NCBI GenBank assembly: GCA_023231475.1
Contig: JALJEE010001690.1
Location: 62,001-126,000 of the forward strand
From: Seison nebaliae
Lineage: Eukaryota
Reading direction: 5' to 3'
Length of the DNA stretch: 64,000 nucleotides
In this document: in pieces, positions 26,991 to 38,531 of the stretch
Layout: every line of letters starts with the position of its first letter
Numbering within the stretch: the stretch's first letter is position 1
The notes under the pieces: generated by a model
Seen by the model: only the letters and a program-made list of their open reading frames with translations
Told to the model about the DNA's origin: nothing
The model's database searches: none
Made by a program: the position numbers and the translations under genes

Positions 26991-27016
26991 ATAAATTGTT
27001 CTCGATTGTAATTTAT

Positions 27017-30000
27017 TTAGGCGAATTCTGGTTCAATATATCCAGGATATGGTAATGCGATTAACGAATAATCAGTTTGAATGTTGCTAGTTTTCAATGT
27101 TAATTGATCGACTTCCAGCTTAATTAACGCCTTGCTATGTTTCTCACCAGCTGTATTCTCCATTTCCAATAATTCGGTGTACTTCGCTGTGTCATCTTGA
27201 TAAGCTTTCGTTATAAAGACACCAACGGTTGCCTGCTCCGTATTAACAATAATCACTTGAGAGAAACGTCCTTTGATTCTAGTACTCGTGAACACCCAAC
27301 CGGCTTTGAATATGCTCGATGATAATAATGGATTCCCAACCTTAAATAAATTCGAATAAAATTTAATTTAGAAACGTCATTTGAAAGGTTAACAGCTTCC
27401 AATCGACCTCTATTCAATAGGGCTAAAATTGTCATTACTTTTTTTTTATCTTCATCTTCTTTAATTTCTCTGAAATATACAACCGACGGTAATAAATTAC
27501 AACTACCAAAATTGTAATCGAATTCTACATATGCTTTATATTCATCAACCTCAGCCTAAAATATGATGATTAAACATCATCATTAGTATATGGTCAAAAT
27601 TAAAGAAATATTTAAATGAAAAAGAAAAATAACGTCCAAAATTGTGAATTTTCTCTTCTTTCCCATTCGAGTGGTTAACTCAACAGTCATATCGTTCTTT
27701 ATTCCAACTACCACTGATTGAATTCCATATCTTCTGTCAAATGAGTCTTTCGATATTGGTATCTTGTACTCCCAACTATTGCCTGTTCCAATTATGAAAC
27801 GATCGCCCATGAACGAACCGAATGGCAAGAATCCTTCAGGTAAAAACGAAAATCCATTTTGTCCAATGAACCGATTTTCCAGTTCTCCGAGACCACCGTC
27901 CGTACACGTATAAGAAACGACCAATTGTAAATAATCTTGAGATTGCAAACAAAATATCTCGGGAACACCAAAAAATTTCATGGAGGTTTGCAAAGTACAA
28001 GACGCTTGTCCTGAACATATTCGTCGGGCTGCGCTAGTCACATCGAAACTGCATGGCTTTATATCTTCCAATTTAGCAACTGCTAATGCGGCCGTGTGTA
28101 AATCGGTGCGCAATTCGGCTCCCGCAATATTCACACGATTCGGACAGGTAAACTTGAAACTTTCTAAATTCTTCAACGTCTTATGAAAAGCGTTCTGTCT
28201 GAATGATAAAGCATTTTTTATATTCAATCCACCAAATCCTCTATCACATATATCACCCATCTGAAAACTAATAATAAGTTGAGCTTAAAAATTTATTAAC
28301 TCTTCCCTTTTTCGCCAATGCTGTGTAATTCTTGTTCAATATGTCGATTTCCTTCTCAATATCTTTCACTTCGTTTACTATAAAAATATTAATTTCTAAT
28401 TAAAATTCATCGTCAACCAAAATTAACATGCCTTTAACAATTCTCCAATCAATTTTCCATTCTTACCATATTCTGCAAATAGTCTCAGAATAGTTAATTG
28501 ATTAATTAATGAATTAACTCGCTTCCAATTCTGCAACAGTTATATTCTTCTTTTTCAATGCTTCTGCCATTTTATTTTCATTCTTTTCTTTTTACCAAAA
28601 AAATACCAATGTTGTTCACAAATAGAAACTCACTAACTCAATCCATCAATTTTATTTTTGATCGTATTAATCTCTTCTTGTAAATTCTTCAAATCTTTTA
28701 AAAAATATTATACAACCGTTTTTGCATGAAATATATGAGATTATATTGAAAAACCATTAATTTGATCTTGCATTGCATATCTTTTCGTTAGAGCGTCATT
28801 GATCGAACTCTTTATAGCTTTTTCTAGAAGAAGAATAAGAAATTTCCATTGTTAGGGAAATTGACAACTGTGATTAAGAAAATCATTCAACGTTTCCTCT
28901 ATCTTCTTATAGTTCTTGTCAGGTTCTATAACGATAAATATCAATAATATATCATGAACGAAAGAAAAAAAAATTTCTACCAGTATTCATAACGGCGTTT
29001 GCTTTCGCTTCGATAGTTTCCTGTTTCTTTGCATCAATAGCCAATTCTAATAGGAAAAAAGTTATCATATAATCATTTCATAAATTTTATCTAAACTAAT
29101 TCGCTTAACATTATTCCTCAAATTCGATACAGAGTTGCTCATCATATAATATTCTAAAAAAATGATAGTGAACTATATGAGATAAAGAATTATTAAACGT
29201 TGACGTAGTTTAGCAATAGATTTATCCATATGTTGTACAGTAGCGTTTAATGTAAATATTTCATCAACTTCATTTTGATAATAGTCAATTTGGAGAAGTT
29301 TTGAAAATTTGAAACTTTTTTTCGTGGAATTTGTTTTGATATCTTGTAGACTCTTCTTGTTCATTCGTACGGTGTTCATCAACACATATTTCTTCCGAGA
29401 CAAATAATCGATTTCTCTTTCGATATTTTTTTGCATATTTACTGAAATGGTATCGTTTACTTGATCAATTAAAATACAGATATCAATAACGATAATTAAT
29501 CGATTGTAATTCAGAATCAGATTGTCTCTTTTGCATTCTACCGAGATCTTTATTATGAAGTGATACTATAAATATTCAGTGAAAATTAAACTCTCTTCAA
29601 TATCTTCTAGATTTTGAACCAAATCATGTTTCTTTTGTGCTTTGAGGAAGAGTAAATATTCTTCAAATATTTTAATTGTAATTCGAATCTTCTCAACAAA
29701 ATAAATAACCCCAATTATTTCCTTTCTTCGTATTGGATAACATCTTCTCATGAACATTTCTCAATTCTGAAAATTTTAGAAATTTAAATAATTTGGAAAA
29801 GAAAAACTTCGTTCCAATTCGTCTAATGTGCGCTCTTTAACGTTCTTCATTTCTTTTGCTCTAGTTAGTTCCAGAGTGTCATAATAATTTAAGGCTGAAA
29901 AAAATGAATTATGATGAAAATGAAACAAATGAAATTTATGAACAAAGAGTATGAGGTGAGTTTCCAGTCACATTATTCAATACTTTCTGTTGATGGTTGA

Positions 30001-30829
30001 TTTCTAAGAGGAAAATTAGTTTGAAAGTACGTCCATTTTAACTTCTATTTAATTCTCGTTTTCGTTCTCGAGCGTCAAATAATTTTTCTTCAATTTCAGC
30101 ATTTTCTTTGTCTGGAAATTTATTTTTCAAATAAGTTTTTCCAAAATGAAAATTATTATACAAACCGATCAATTCTATTTGATATTGCTTATCGTTTATT
30201 TCATCTTCAATTACTTCTATATTCTTCCTTACATTATTCAGCATTCCTTTATTTAATGACAAATTATTTTTCTCCTTTTTCAATTTTCTTTCTACGGATG
30301 AGAGGAGAAGCATAAAATTGTTGGAATCGTCTTTGGAAGAACCTGTTGCTATTTTGAAATCGTACTGGTTTATCAATTCTCCGATAAGTCCATCATGTTC
30401 GCGGTCCAAACGATATTGTTTGTTGATAAGAATTTCGAACTTATTATGGAGGAAATTAATTTCTCCAATTTGCATCGCGTTGTTGCCAGACTCTAGTTTG
30501 GGTAGAAAATTGAAAATTCTAACACTAAAACTTATTTGAAACTCTTTTTCATTTCATATTCGTCCTTTGCAAAATTGATATCCATTTCAAGACTAGCAAG
30601 TTCTACATTTTGAGAAATAGACATTAAAATTGATAAGACATATTATATAACCTCTTTTTAGTTCAGGCAGTCGCCTTGAATCTCTCGGTATATTCGTAGG
30701 AGGAACTGAAGATTTTGGTTATAATATAAAGGAGTAAACAAAATATTTAAAACCATATCCTCTTTTGGTTCGAATTAAGGAGGATTGAGAGGAAGTGAAG
30801 AGAAGAAATAATATCAAAAACTTTTTCAT
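27017..30829 (-). CDS. Large multi-exon secreted protein: long predicted coiled coil followed by a SUEL/rhamnose-galactose-binding lectin domain and a C-terminal region of unknown type
   Basis: Signal peptide MKKFLILFLLFTSSQS at 30829, then many short K/E/L-rich minus-strand exons. CPNRVNIAGAE..C..DVTSAARRICSGQASCTL..FFG..C..YLQLVVSYTC matches the SUEL lectin cysteine pattern. That this is one gene is inferred. Confidence 0.6.
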
Positions 30830-31278
30830 TTTTGAAAAAATTTAAATAAGCAGGTAACTCATCGATTGAATGGACGAAGTATTATGTACTGCCTACGTCG
30901 AAAATACGAAGCTGCACAAATGATTTCGTTGGGTATTGTTAGATAATTTTTAGAGAATTAATGATAAGATGATTTATTCAATTTTGTAATTTGTCTTTTT
31001 AACATAATCATTAAAAAGAAGTTTTATTTAAATTATCTTTAAAACTCAAGTAGGAATTATAGAAAATATATTGATAACATATTTCTGTAGGTTTTATTAA
31101 AACATACAACACAAATTTTAATTTCTGAAAATACGAAAAATAATATTGTGAAATTTCTATTATTATAGTCATACTGAACAACCATAGGATTCATCTTTCA
31201 ATAACTACATGAAATAAATAAAAAATAAATCATGTTTTTATTTTTATCAAATTCAATTCTACGATAGGCAATCTTCAA

Positions 31279-32744
31279 TTACAATATGGTTTTGATTATT
31301 ATTCGGTCGAACTTTATTGTGATTTCTAGATAAAATATTAGAAAGAATAGAAAATAATCAGACTAATGAACTTCCATTATTTAGATCTGGTTGTAAAACT
31401 AAATCAGACATTGAAGTTGCTAAGAAGTTACCTTCACTCGTAAAAATTGTAGGAAATGTATGACTGAAATTTAAATTTGGTTGAACAATTTGGAAGAAAA
31501 TGCTCTTCCTAACCTTAGCGACGGATAAAACTCAACAGAAATCCAATCATCTTTAAATTTGAAAGATGATGGAAAAACATGAAGTATGTTAGGAAATTTG
31601 ATAACTATTCGAATAGCATATCCGCTTTTGGTTATCAATATCCACTCCTCCTGAAACAAATTTAAAATAATTACTTCACAACTTTGTTAACCACTTTAGC
31701 TTTTGGTACGATTGAAAGAGTGATTGTCGCATTAATTCCTAGTTTCATTTCTGATTTTGCGAATATTCCATAAGCTTTTTTCGTATGTGAAGAAAGGATC
31801 CGATTTATAAAATGGGAATTTTCATCCTTACATACTTTGCCTTCAGCATCACGTAACATGTATCGACCATAAATTTTGATTTTTTCAATAGTGCTATAAC
31901 TATCACAACCTACAATCAATTTGGGTTAATAATTCATTTTCAGAGAAAGTGAACATAAGATCTCGGACGTAATATTTGATACCTCCAAACTTCCTTCAGT
32001 ACACATATGCTGTTTTGATGATCCAAGATACATTATTTCGTATTTGTTAAACTTATAATTTCTGATTATTCTAAGCTCTGTTCTATGAGAAATTAACAAA
32101 ATTATAAATTATAATCCGAATATTTGGTATCAAAACCTGCTAGGTCTTTCTACTTTCAAATTTCCGTTCCGTAGAAACCTACTTAGTCCGTAACCTGATA
32201 TATCTTTTATTTGGAACGTGTCTGAAGGAACAAGTACATCCGATATAATTTCAATACTCGATCCATTGTTTATATCAAATTGTAACTCGATCTAAAAAAT
32301 GAAAAATAAATGCTTAGAATGAATTAATGTAGTAACGTCCCAGAATTTTGCCAACAAGGCTAAATTGGTTTTCTCATATGCCAATAATTCTGTAAAGTCA
32401 TGGAAATCACTCAAATGAGTACGAACTATGGTGGAATCAAAAAGACAATTTGATGCATCACTTGGATCGTCTTGATCCCATTTGACTACCATATTTGTTG
32501 AACTGTAGGCATCTATCGCCCATTCCATATCCACAATTGAATTATTTGAGTTCGCAGTATCTGGCATGTTCTTAAATCCCATATAATCGATTCTATACTT
32601 TGGATATCTTTCATCTTTCGTGTTTTCCGCAAATATGTCGACCGCGGTTGCATTAGGCATTTTTAATGTTGGCCATTGCCTATAACGTTTATTTTCGATG
32701 AACCCTACCATCAAACTCAACAGTAGAAAAGAGGAAATGTGCAT
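31279..32744 (-). CDS. Orphan secreted protein, multi-exon
   Basis: Signal-like MHISSFLLLSLMVGF. ORFs 32292-32744, 31671-31919 and 31471-31659 are separated by intron-sized gaps. Inferred stop at 31279. No recognisable domain. Confidence 0.55.
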
Positions 32745-33455
32745 TTTCCAATTTTCATAAACCTTAATCGTTTTTTTTAATCAAAAATTATGTTTCGACT
32801 CCAAAAGGAGATTTTCTAAAATTCTAAAAATCGATAAGTACTAAATTTGCTCGTTTGGAGGAAATTAGGGATGTTCACTGATTAGTTTTGTACAATTGGA
32901 AATTATTTAATTTTTGAATAGTTATCGATTTTTTTATAATTTTGTACGAAGGAACTTCAGTCATTTTCATTCTCCCGACGGGAATTTTAACTACTAAATA
33001 ATAATGATAATTTTTAAGTTATTTATCCTTTTTTGCACAAATTATTTAAATTACTTCTGTCGCGTTTTCTAATTGGATAACTTCTTTGAAAATTCAATAT
33101 CATTCTCTAAAATTAAAATTTTCCAAACAACAAAAGAACGATATATATTTTTGAAAGATATATTTCCAAATTTGTTGTCATTAACAACAAATATTTAAAA
33201 GTTTTTCCTTTTCCTTTAACATTTCTTTTTTAAAAAAATCATCCTTTAAGTCTTCTCAAATTTAATTAATATGCTATTTAGTTTTTAAATTCACATCACA
33301 ACAAACATAACAAAAAAATTTAAAATATATTAAACTGTGACACCGTAATTTATTGTTAAAATACTTATAAAATCAAAATAAGATGATAAAGAGGAAGGAT
33401 CATATATGTTACAAAAATAGTCTTTACATAAGAAGTTTTGGTGATTAATTTTGGA

Positions 33456-34329
33456 TTATATAGCTGCTCGAAAACTTGTTGGGATAGGTAGTTTGGGATC
33501 GCCACGTTTATTCTTTAAACAATAAATGACCATGTTCAAATGGATATCCTTCAAGTGGTAAAAGTTCTCGTATGCACCTGTTAATTCATCTTCAACTATT
33601 CCGATAAAATTTTTCAATATTTCATAATAATCATCGAAATTTGAATGATTTTTTATCTTTCGTATAAATAATTTAGTTGCATCTAACAACTTTTGGCGGT
33701 CATGGACCGTAACATTCCAATAATCAACGACTCGATTCAGATATTCTACATTCGACCCACAATGACCCTTAGCTTTGTAAATTTCGTGAGCAATTTTAGA
33801 CGTGGGTTGTTTATTATCAAATTGTGGATTGGAACATGTAGCGATAAAGACGAGAACTTTCTGATTAGGATCATAATTGGTTGAAAATAGATCATTACAT
33901 TTGTTAGCCGCCATTTGAAAATAAGAATTGAAATCATAAAAATTTACTTCAAACACTTTGTAATTTCCCAGAACTACTTCTCTAGTGAATAAATGATCGA
34001 GTGCGTTCTTCACATTCTCCTTCCCCAGTACTTGATACATTTTCCCATATACTACCCCATTTGAATTGGGATTTGGTGTCAACGTCGCACAGCGACCCGG
34101 CTACAAAAAAGAAAATATATTTAGTTTTCATTTAAAAAGCATGAATCAAAACTTTCTTCGGTGTTCCACGATGAAATGTATTTTTTTGCCAAAATTTTAT
34201 ATCAAAACCATAAACTAATCCCGGAGTACTCTTATGGAAAGTGAACTTCGGACACCATAGTAATGAACCATAGGCAAACACTGCCAAACTATCAGTTCTT
34301 TCATATTCTTCTCTAGTAACTAGACGCAT
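33456..34329 (-). CDS. ChaC-family glutathione-specific gamma-glutamylcyclotransferase, 2 exons
   Basis: VFAYGSLLW, FWQKNTFHRGTPKK|PGRCATL, L..RE and GHCGSNVEYL, with one GTTTTG..TAG intron and a C-terminal extension. Confidence 0.9.
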
Positions 34330-34736
34330 ATTCGTTTTTATTCTAATTGAGCAATGAAATTTAAATTTAGAAGATTGGATGAAAGAATGTTGTGAAGTTT
34401 GGTCATTTAAATAAATTGACGATGTTTATCATGTCGAAAGAATGATGCAATTGAAGGACAATCAACTGCTTTTAAACAATGGACAATTAAGATGATTGGA
34501 AATGGACTGATAATATTTGTTAGAGCATTTGAAGGTGAAACCTTTCCGATTTATTCATCACACAAATATTTTAAGATACGTATAGTTGCAATCAAACACT
34601 TAAGATTATCTTGCTAAACAAAAACATCCAACAAAGATTAACATATGAAATAAAAACGAAATGAAAAGAATTCCTACATGAAAATCTACTCTATACATAG
34701 CCACACAAACACACCTAAAACACTTATAATAACTGA

Positions 34737-35086
34737 AATATTCTCTATTGTTGACGAGTATTCTTTTTCAAATGTGTTGCGCTACAGAAGAAAAAACTAA
34801 CAAGGGCCTTTTGACTCCAAAAAAATCATGGAGATTCGGTAAAAATTCTGTAATATATATACGTTAATATATACAAAATTATATATAAAAAATACATATC
34901 TACATCTACATACGGAGTAAACAAGACCAAAAACCGGGTGTAATAATTGGACTTAAGAATTACACATCCTTTATTTTGCATATCTCCAAACTGCGGATGT
35001 GAACGCGTACCATTCCCTTGTTAGTTTTTTCTTCTGTAGCGCATACACATTTGAAAAAGGAATAGTCGTGAACAATAGAGAATATT
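34737..35086. mobile_element. ~350-bp MITE with ~70-bp terminal inverted repeats
   Basis: 34737-34806 (AATATTCTCTATTGTTGACGAGTATTC..GCGCTACAGAAGAAAAAACTAACAAGGG) is the reverse complement of 35015-35086 apart from about two substitutions and two single-base indels. The interior is non-coding. Confidence 0.85.
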
Positions 35087-36100
35087 GGTTATATTCAATT
35101 TTGGTATTTATTCATTTGGAGGAAATAGCATCGAAATATTTTGTAATTTTCCTCTAATATTTTATCTTTATTACATTCCTCCGTTGTATTGATCATCTGA
35201 TAGTACATTCCTTTCTTTCTATCCCTTTCCAGTTTGTTACTTCTGTAAATTTGTTTACTTCATTCTCATAGTAAGCTAGCGAACACAAGGATGTACATAT
35301 GATGAGGGTATAGCAGCTACACTGTAGCTACTTCGAAGTATTGCCATATGGAAGTATGTCATGAAACATATGTATTCAAGGTTTTCGGGTCGTTACGGGG
35401 GGAAGACGGGTGACATTACAAGGAAACTGAATAGTTATTTGTCAAATTCACATTGAGAATAATAAATTCATTTTCGATTCTGTTCTGAATAGTTGTTTAA
35501 ACTTCCATGAGAGAAGTGGGAATCGTCGAATTATTTATATAGATAATACAGGATATGTTTAGAGATGAAATTAAGATAAAATACTTAACAAACTTAATCA
35601 ATTAAGGTTGAACAGTGAATTTCTAAAGAATGTCTTATTAAAATATTTGAGACATTAAAATATTCTCCTGATTTCATAATATTCTCCAATTAGATAATAA
35701 TCAATTCGAAATGTTAATTATCTTAAAAATGAAATTTGGTATCTATTAAAACGTTTTTTTTCTTCTATATGTTCACTTTACTATATATATATATATACTA
35801 CTACAATATGTTGATTGCCCAAGTAGTGTTTCAAACGAATTTTTCAAATTAAAATTCTTCTTACATTCCTCACATTTAATTAATCAAATCATAATTATTC
35901 ATAATGATTATTTGTAACTAACAATTGTAATTGTAAATTTATATTGAAATTCTCATTTCTAAAATTCGAATTGAAATCAAATTAAATAGAACATCTCTTT
36001 TTCTTCTCTTAAGAAATGGAGATAAAATGGAAAATGAAGAGAATATGAATGTAATTTTATGTCATAAGCTTTAATCTGTTTAAGAAGTAGTAAGTAAAAC

Positions 36101-37285
36101 ATGTTCTTGGAAGCACTCTTCTCCATATTTTCAATCTTCCTTTTGGGCTTCTTCCAAATGTTCTCCCAATTATTCAGTTGGAAGTCCAAGGAGGAAAAGA
36201 AGAAAGAGGAATTCACACGATTATTCCATCAGAAGACCATCATAGTATGTGGTGTCGATTCAGGAATAGGAAAAGAATTGATTCAAACAATAATTGATAT
36301 AAGTGAATCATTCGAAATAATACCAAAGTTGGTCATCGGTTTATATTTTGAAAAAGTTCCCGAAATACGAACTAAATCTTCTTCGATTAATTTGAATTTT
36401 ATTCAATTCGATTATTTGGAGAGAGACGAAGAAGATCGTTTGAATAAAACGAGTCAACAAATCACTAATTTGTTGGATGAGAATGGTATCATTCTCATCA
36501 ATCTTCTCATCCATTGTAGTGGAGTATTATCTTCTTCGTCAATTTATTCCTCATTCATTTTACAAAAATCCAATCGACAAATAAATAACATCAAAATTGA
36601 TGAAGATCAATTGCACCAACAAACCATTTTTACAATGATAAATTCAATTGGGGCAAAAAATTTATGTGCAGAAATAGTGGATGAAAATGTTAATACTTGT
36701 GACATGATCGATAATTGTTTAAAACAATTAGTGTCCACAAATCAACCGATTGATAAGAAGATTAATCCAGTTCATATAATCAACACTTATGGTCCCTTAA
36801 AACTTACATTACTTCTCTTACCTCATCTTATTAATAAAGATGGTTTGTCGACCATCTTATGTCTCTCTTCAATCACCAGAAATTATGGACGTATTATGAA
36901 TTCAATTCAATCGAACAATATGTATAAGAATTATGCTGATTCGAAACATTTACTTACAATTTTATTCACTGAAATTCATCGTCAATTTAAAAGAAGTTTC
37001 GATTGTTGGAAAGAGAATTCGTTAATTTTCGTTGATCCAGGAGTATGTGACACTAACTTCTATCAAAATTTATCCTATCTGTGTAGAAAACTTATCAGTT
37101 TTCTTCCATTAAGAACACCTAAAGAAGCTGCAAATCACGTTATTTCCTGTTATGTGGCACATATGACCAAGAATTCTTCAAACACAGTGCAAGAATATCA
37201 TCACAACAGTGGACATTCAGTCATCAAATGCCCACCAGATATGAAGAGACATTTAAATAATTTTTTTTATTATTGTTCCACTTAA
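36101..37285 (+). CDS. Short-chain dehydrogenase/reductase (retinol-dehydrogenase-like), divergent; intronless
   Basis: N-terminal hydrophobic anchor, IIVCGVDSGIG Rossmann motif, INTYGPLKLTLLLLP, LSS, catalytic YADSK, VDPGVCDT and RTPKEAA. Confidence 0.8.
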   Translation: MFLEALFSIFSIFLLGFFQMFSQLFSWKSKEEKKKEEFTRLFHQKTIIVCGVDSGIGKELIQTIIDISESFEIIPKLVIGLYFEKVPEIRTKSSSINLNFIQFDYLERDEEDRLNKTSQQITNLLDENGIILINLLIHCSGVLSSSSIYSSFILQKSNRQINNIKIDEDQLHQQTIFTMINSIGAKNLCAEIVDENVNTCDMIDNCLKQLVSTNQPIDKKINPVHIINTYGPLKLTLLLLPHLINKDGLSTILCLSSITRNYGRIMNSIQSNNMYKNYADSKHLLTILFTEIHRQFKRSFDCWKENSLIFVDPGVCDTNFYQNLSYLCRKLISFLPLRTPKEAANHVISCYVAHMTKNSSNTVQEYHHNSGHSVIKCPPDMKRHLNNFFYYCST

Positions 37286-37554
37286 TTTTCCTTCATCTAG
37301 TCTTCTATTTCAAATTCATTTAAAATTTATTAATAAAACACTTCAGATACATTGAAATTTCGTAATGAGGAAAATTTTCGTTGAATAATTTCGATACATA
37401 TGAACATAATTTTTTTTCATCATTATTACTCATTCAGATATTTCTACATCATATTTGTGATTCTAATAATTCGGATCATGAAAATTATTCCCAATAAGTT
37501 TTATTTAGTTTTTTCGTAAAATATTTTTTTCGATGATTTAATGGAAATAATAAA

Positions 37555-38354
37555 ATGAATAGTCAATCATTGTTAGAATTTATTTATTAAATTTGAATTT
37601 TTTATAAATTTACTTATATTTTTGAATGATGAATTAAAGATATGCAACTATAACTCCGATAGGTGACGTGATTGAGGGCACAAGAATCATTCCAATTAAA
37701 ACACCAATAACAGAAGTATAAATTTTATTTGATGGTCATAATTCATCATTTGTTTATAGACAAATTTCTCACCTGAAATCTGCATTGATGAATTGAGGAA
37801 AAGAAAATTCCAAATAAAAACAATTATAAATCTGACTAATGAGAAGAGATATTATAAAGATAAAGTTAGTCAATGAACAAACTTAATGGATAATCAGATA
37901 AACGGAAATATTTAATTATTTTGAAGGATTTCGAAAAGTTCAATATCAATGTCATTCGATTACCGGTGAGAGGATGTGGACGAATACCATCAGATGAATT
38001 GGTTGACACCTTTATTGAGATTATCGATAAATTTCATAAAGATAATCGTTAAAATATTATTTTGTTTTCTTTTTCTATGTTCAAATTTCAGCTGATACTT
38101 ATGTTTTAATTCATTGTTTACATGGCCTCAATCGGACGGGTTATTTTATTTGCCGTTACCTAATAAAGAATCATCAAATGAGACCATTCGAAGCGATTGA
38201 AAGTTATTTTATCTTTACAATTTAAGACAACTGAAATTTTTTATTGAAAGAATTTAACCGGAATCGTCATCATGAAATTAGATATAGATCTCTGGTTGAT
38301 GATTTATTAAGAAGACAACCTACTTTGACATTTAAGGAATTTCTTATTAAATGA
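37555..38354 (+). CDS. DUSP11: DUSP11/PIR-1-like RNA 5'-phosphatase, 6 small exons (absent from the ORF track)
   Basis: Spliced: TPIGDVIEGTRIIPIKTPI..IINLTNEKRYY..G.GRIP..IHCLHGLNRTGYFICRYLI..AIE.FN..R.H.I. There is no guanylyltransferase domain, so this is DUSP11-type rather than the capping enzyme. Confidence 0.85.
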
Positions 38355-38531
38355 CCAAATTCTTATTTTATGTATTAGTTTATTTTTTTAAAGATTTCTT
38401 TATTTTACCTATTTCTTACTTGTTTTTTATAATTTAATAAATATAATTTATTATCGGAAACCGTAATAAGAGAATCATTAAAATTTTATGTAGAACGAGA
38501 AAGAAAGAAGATAGTTAATGAAATTATTCTT

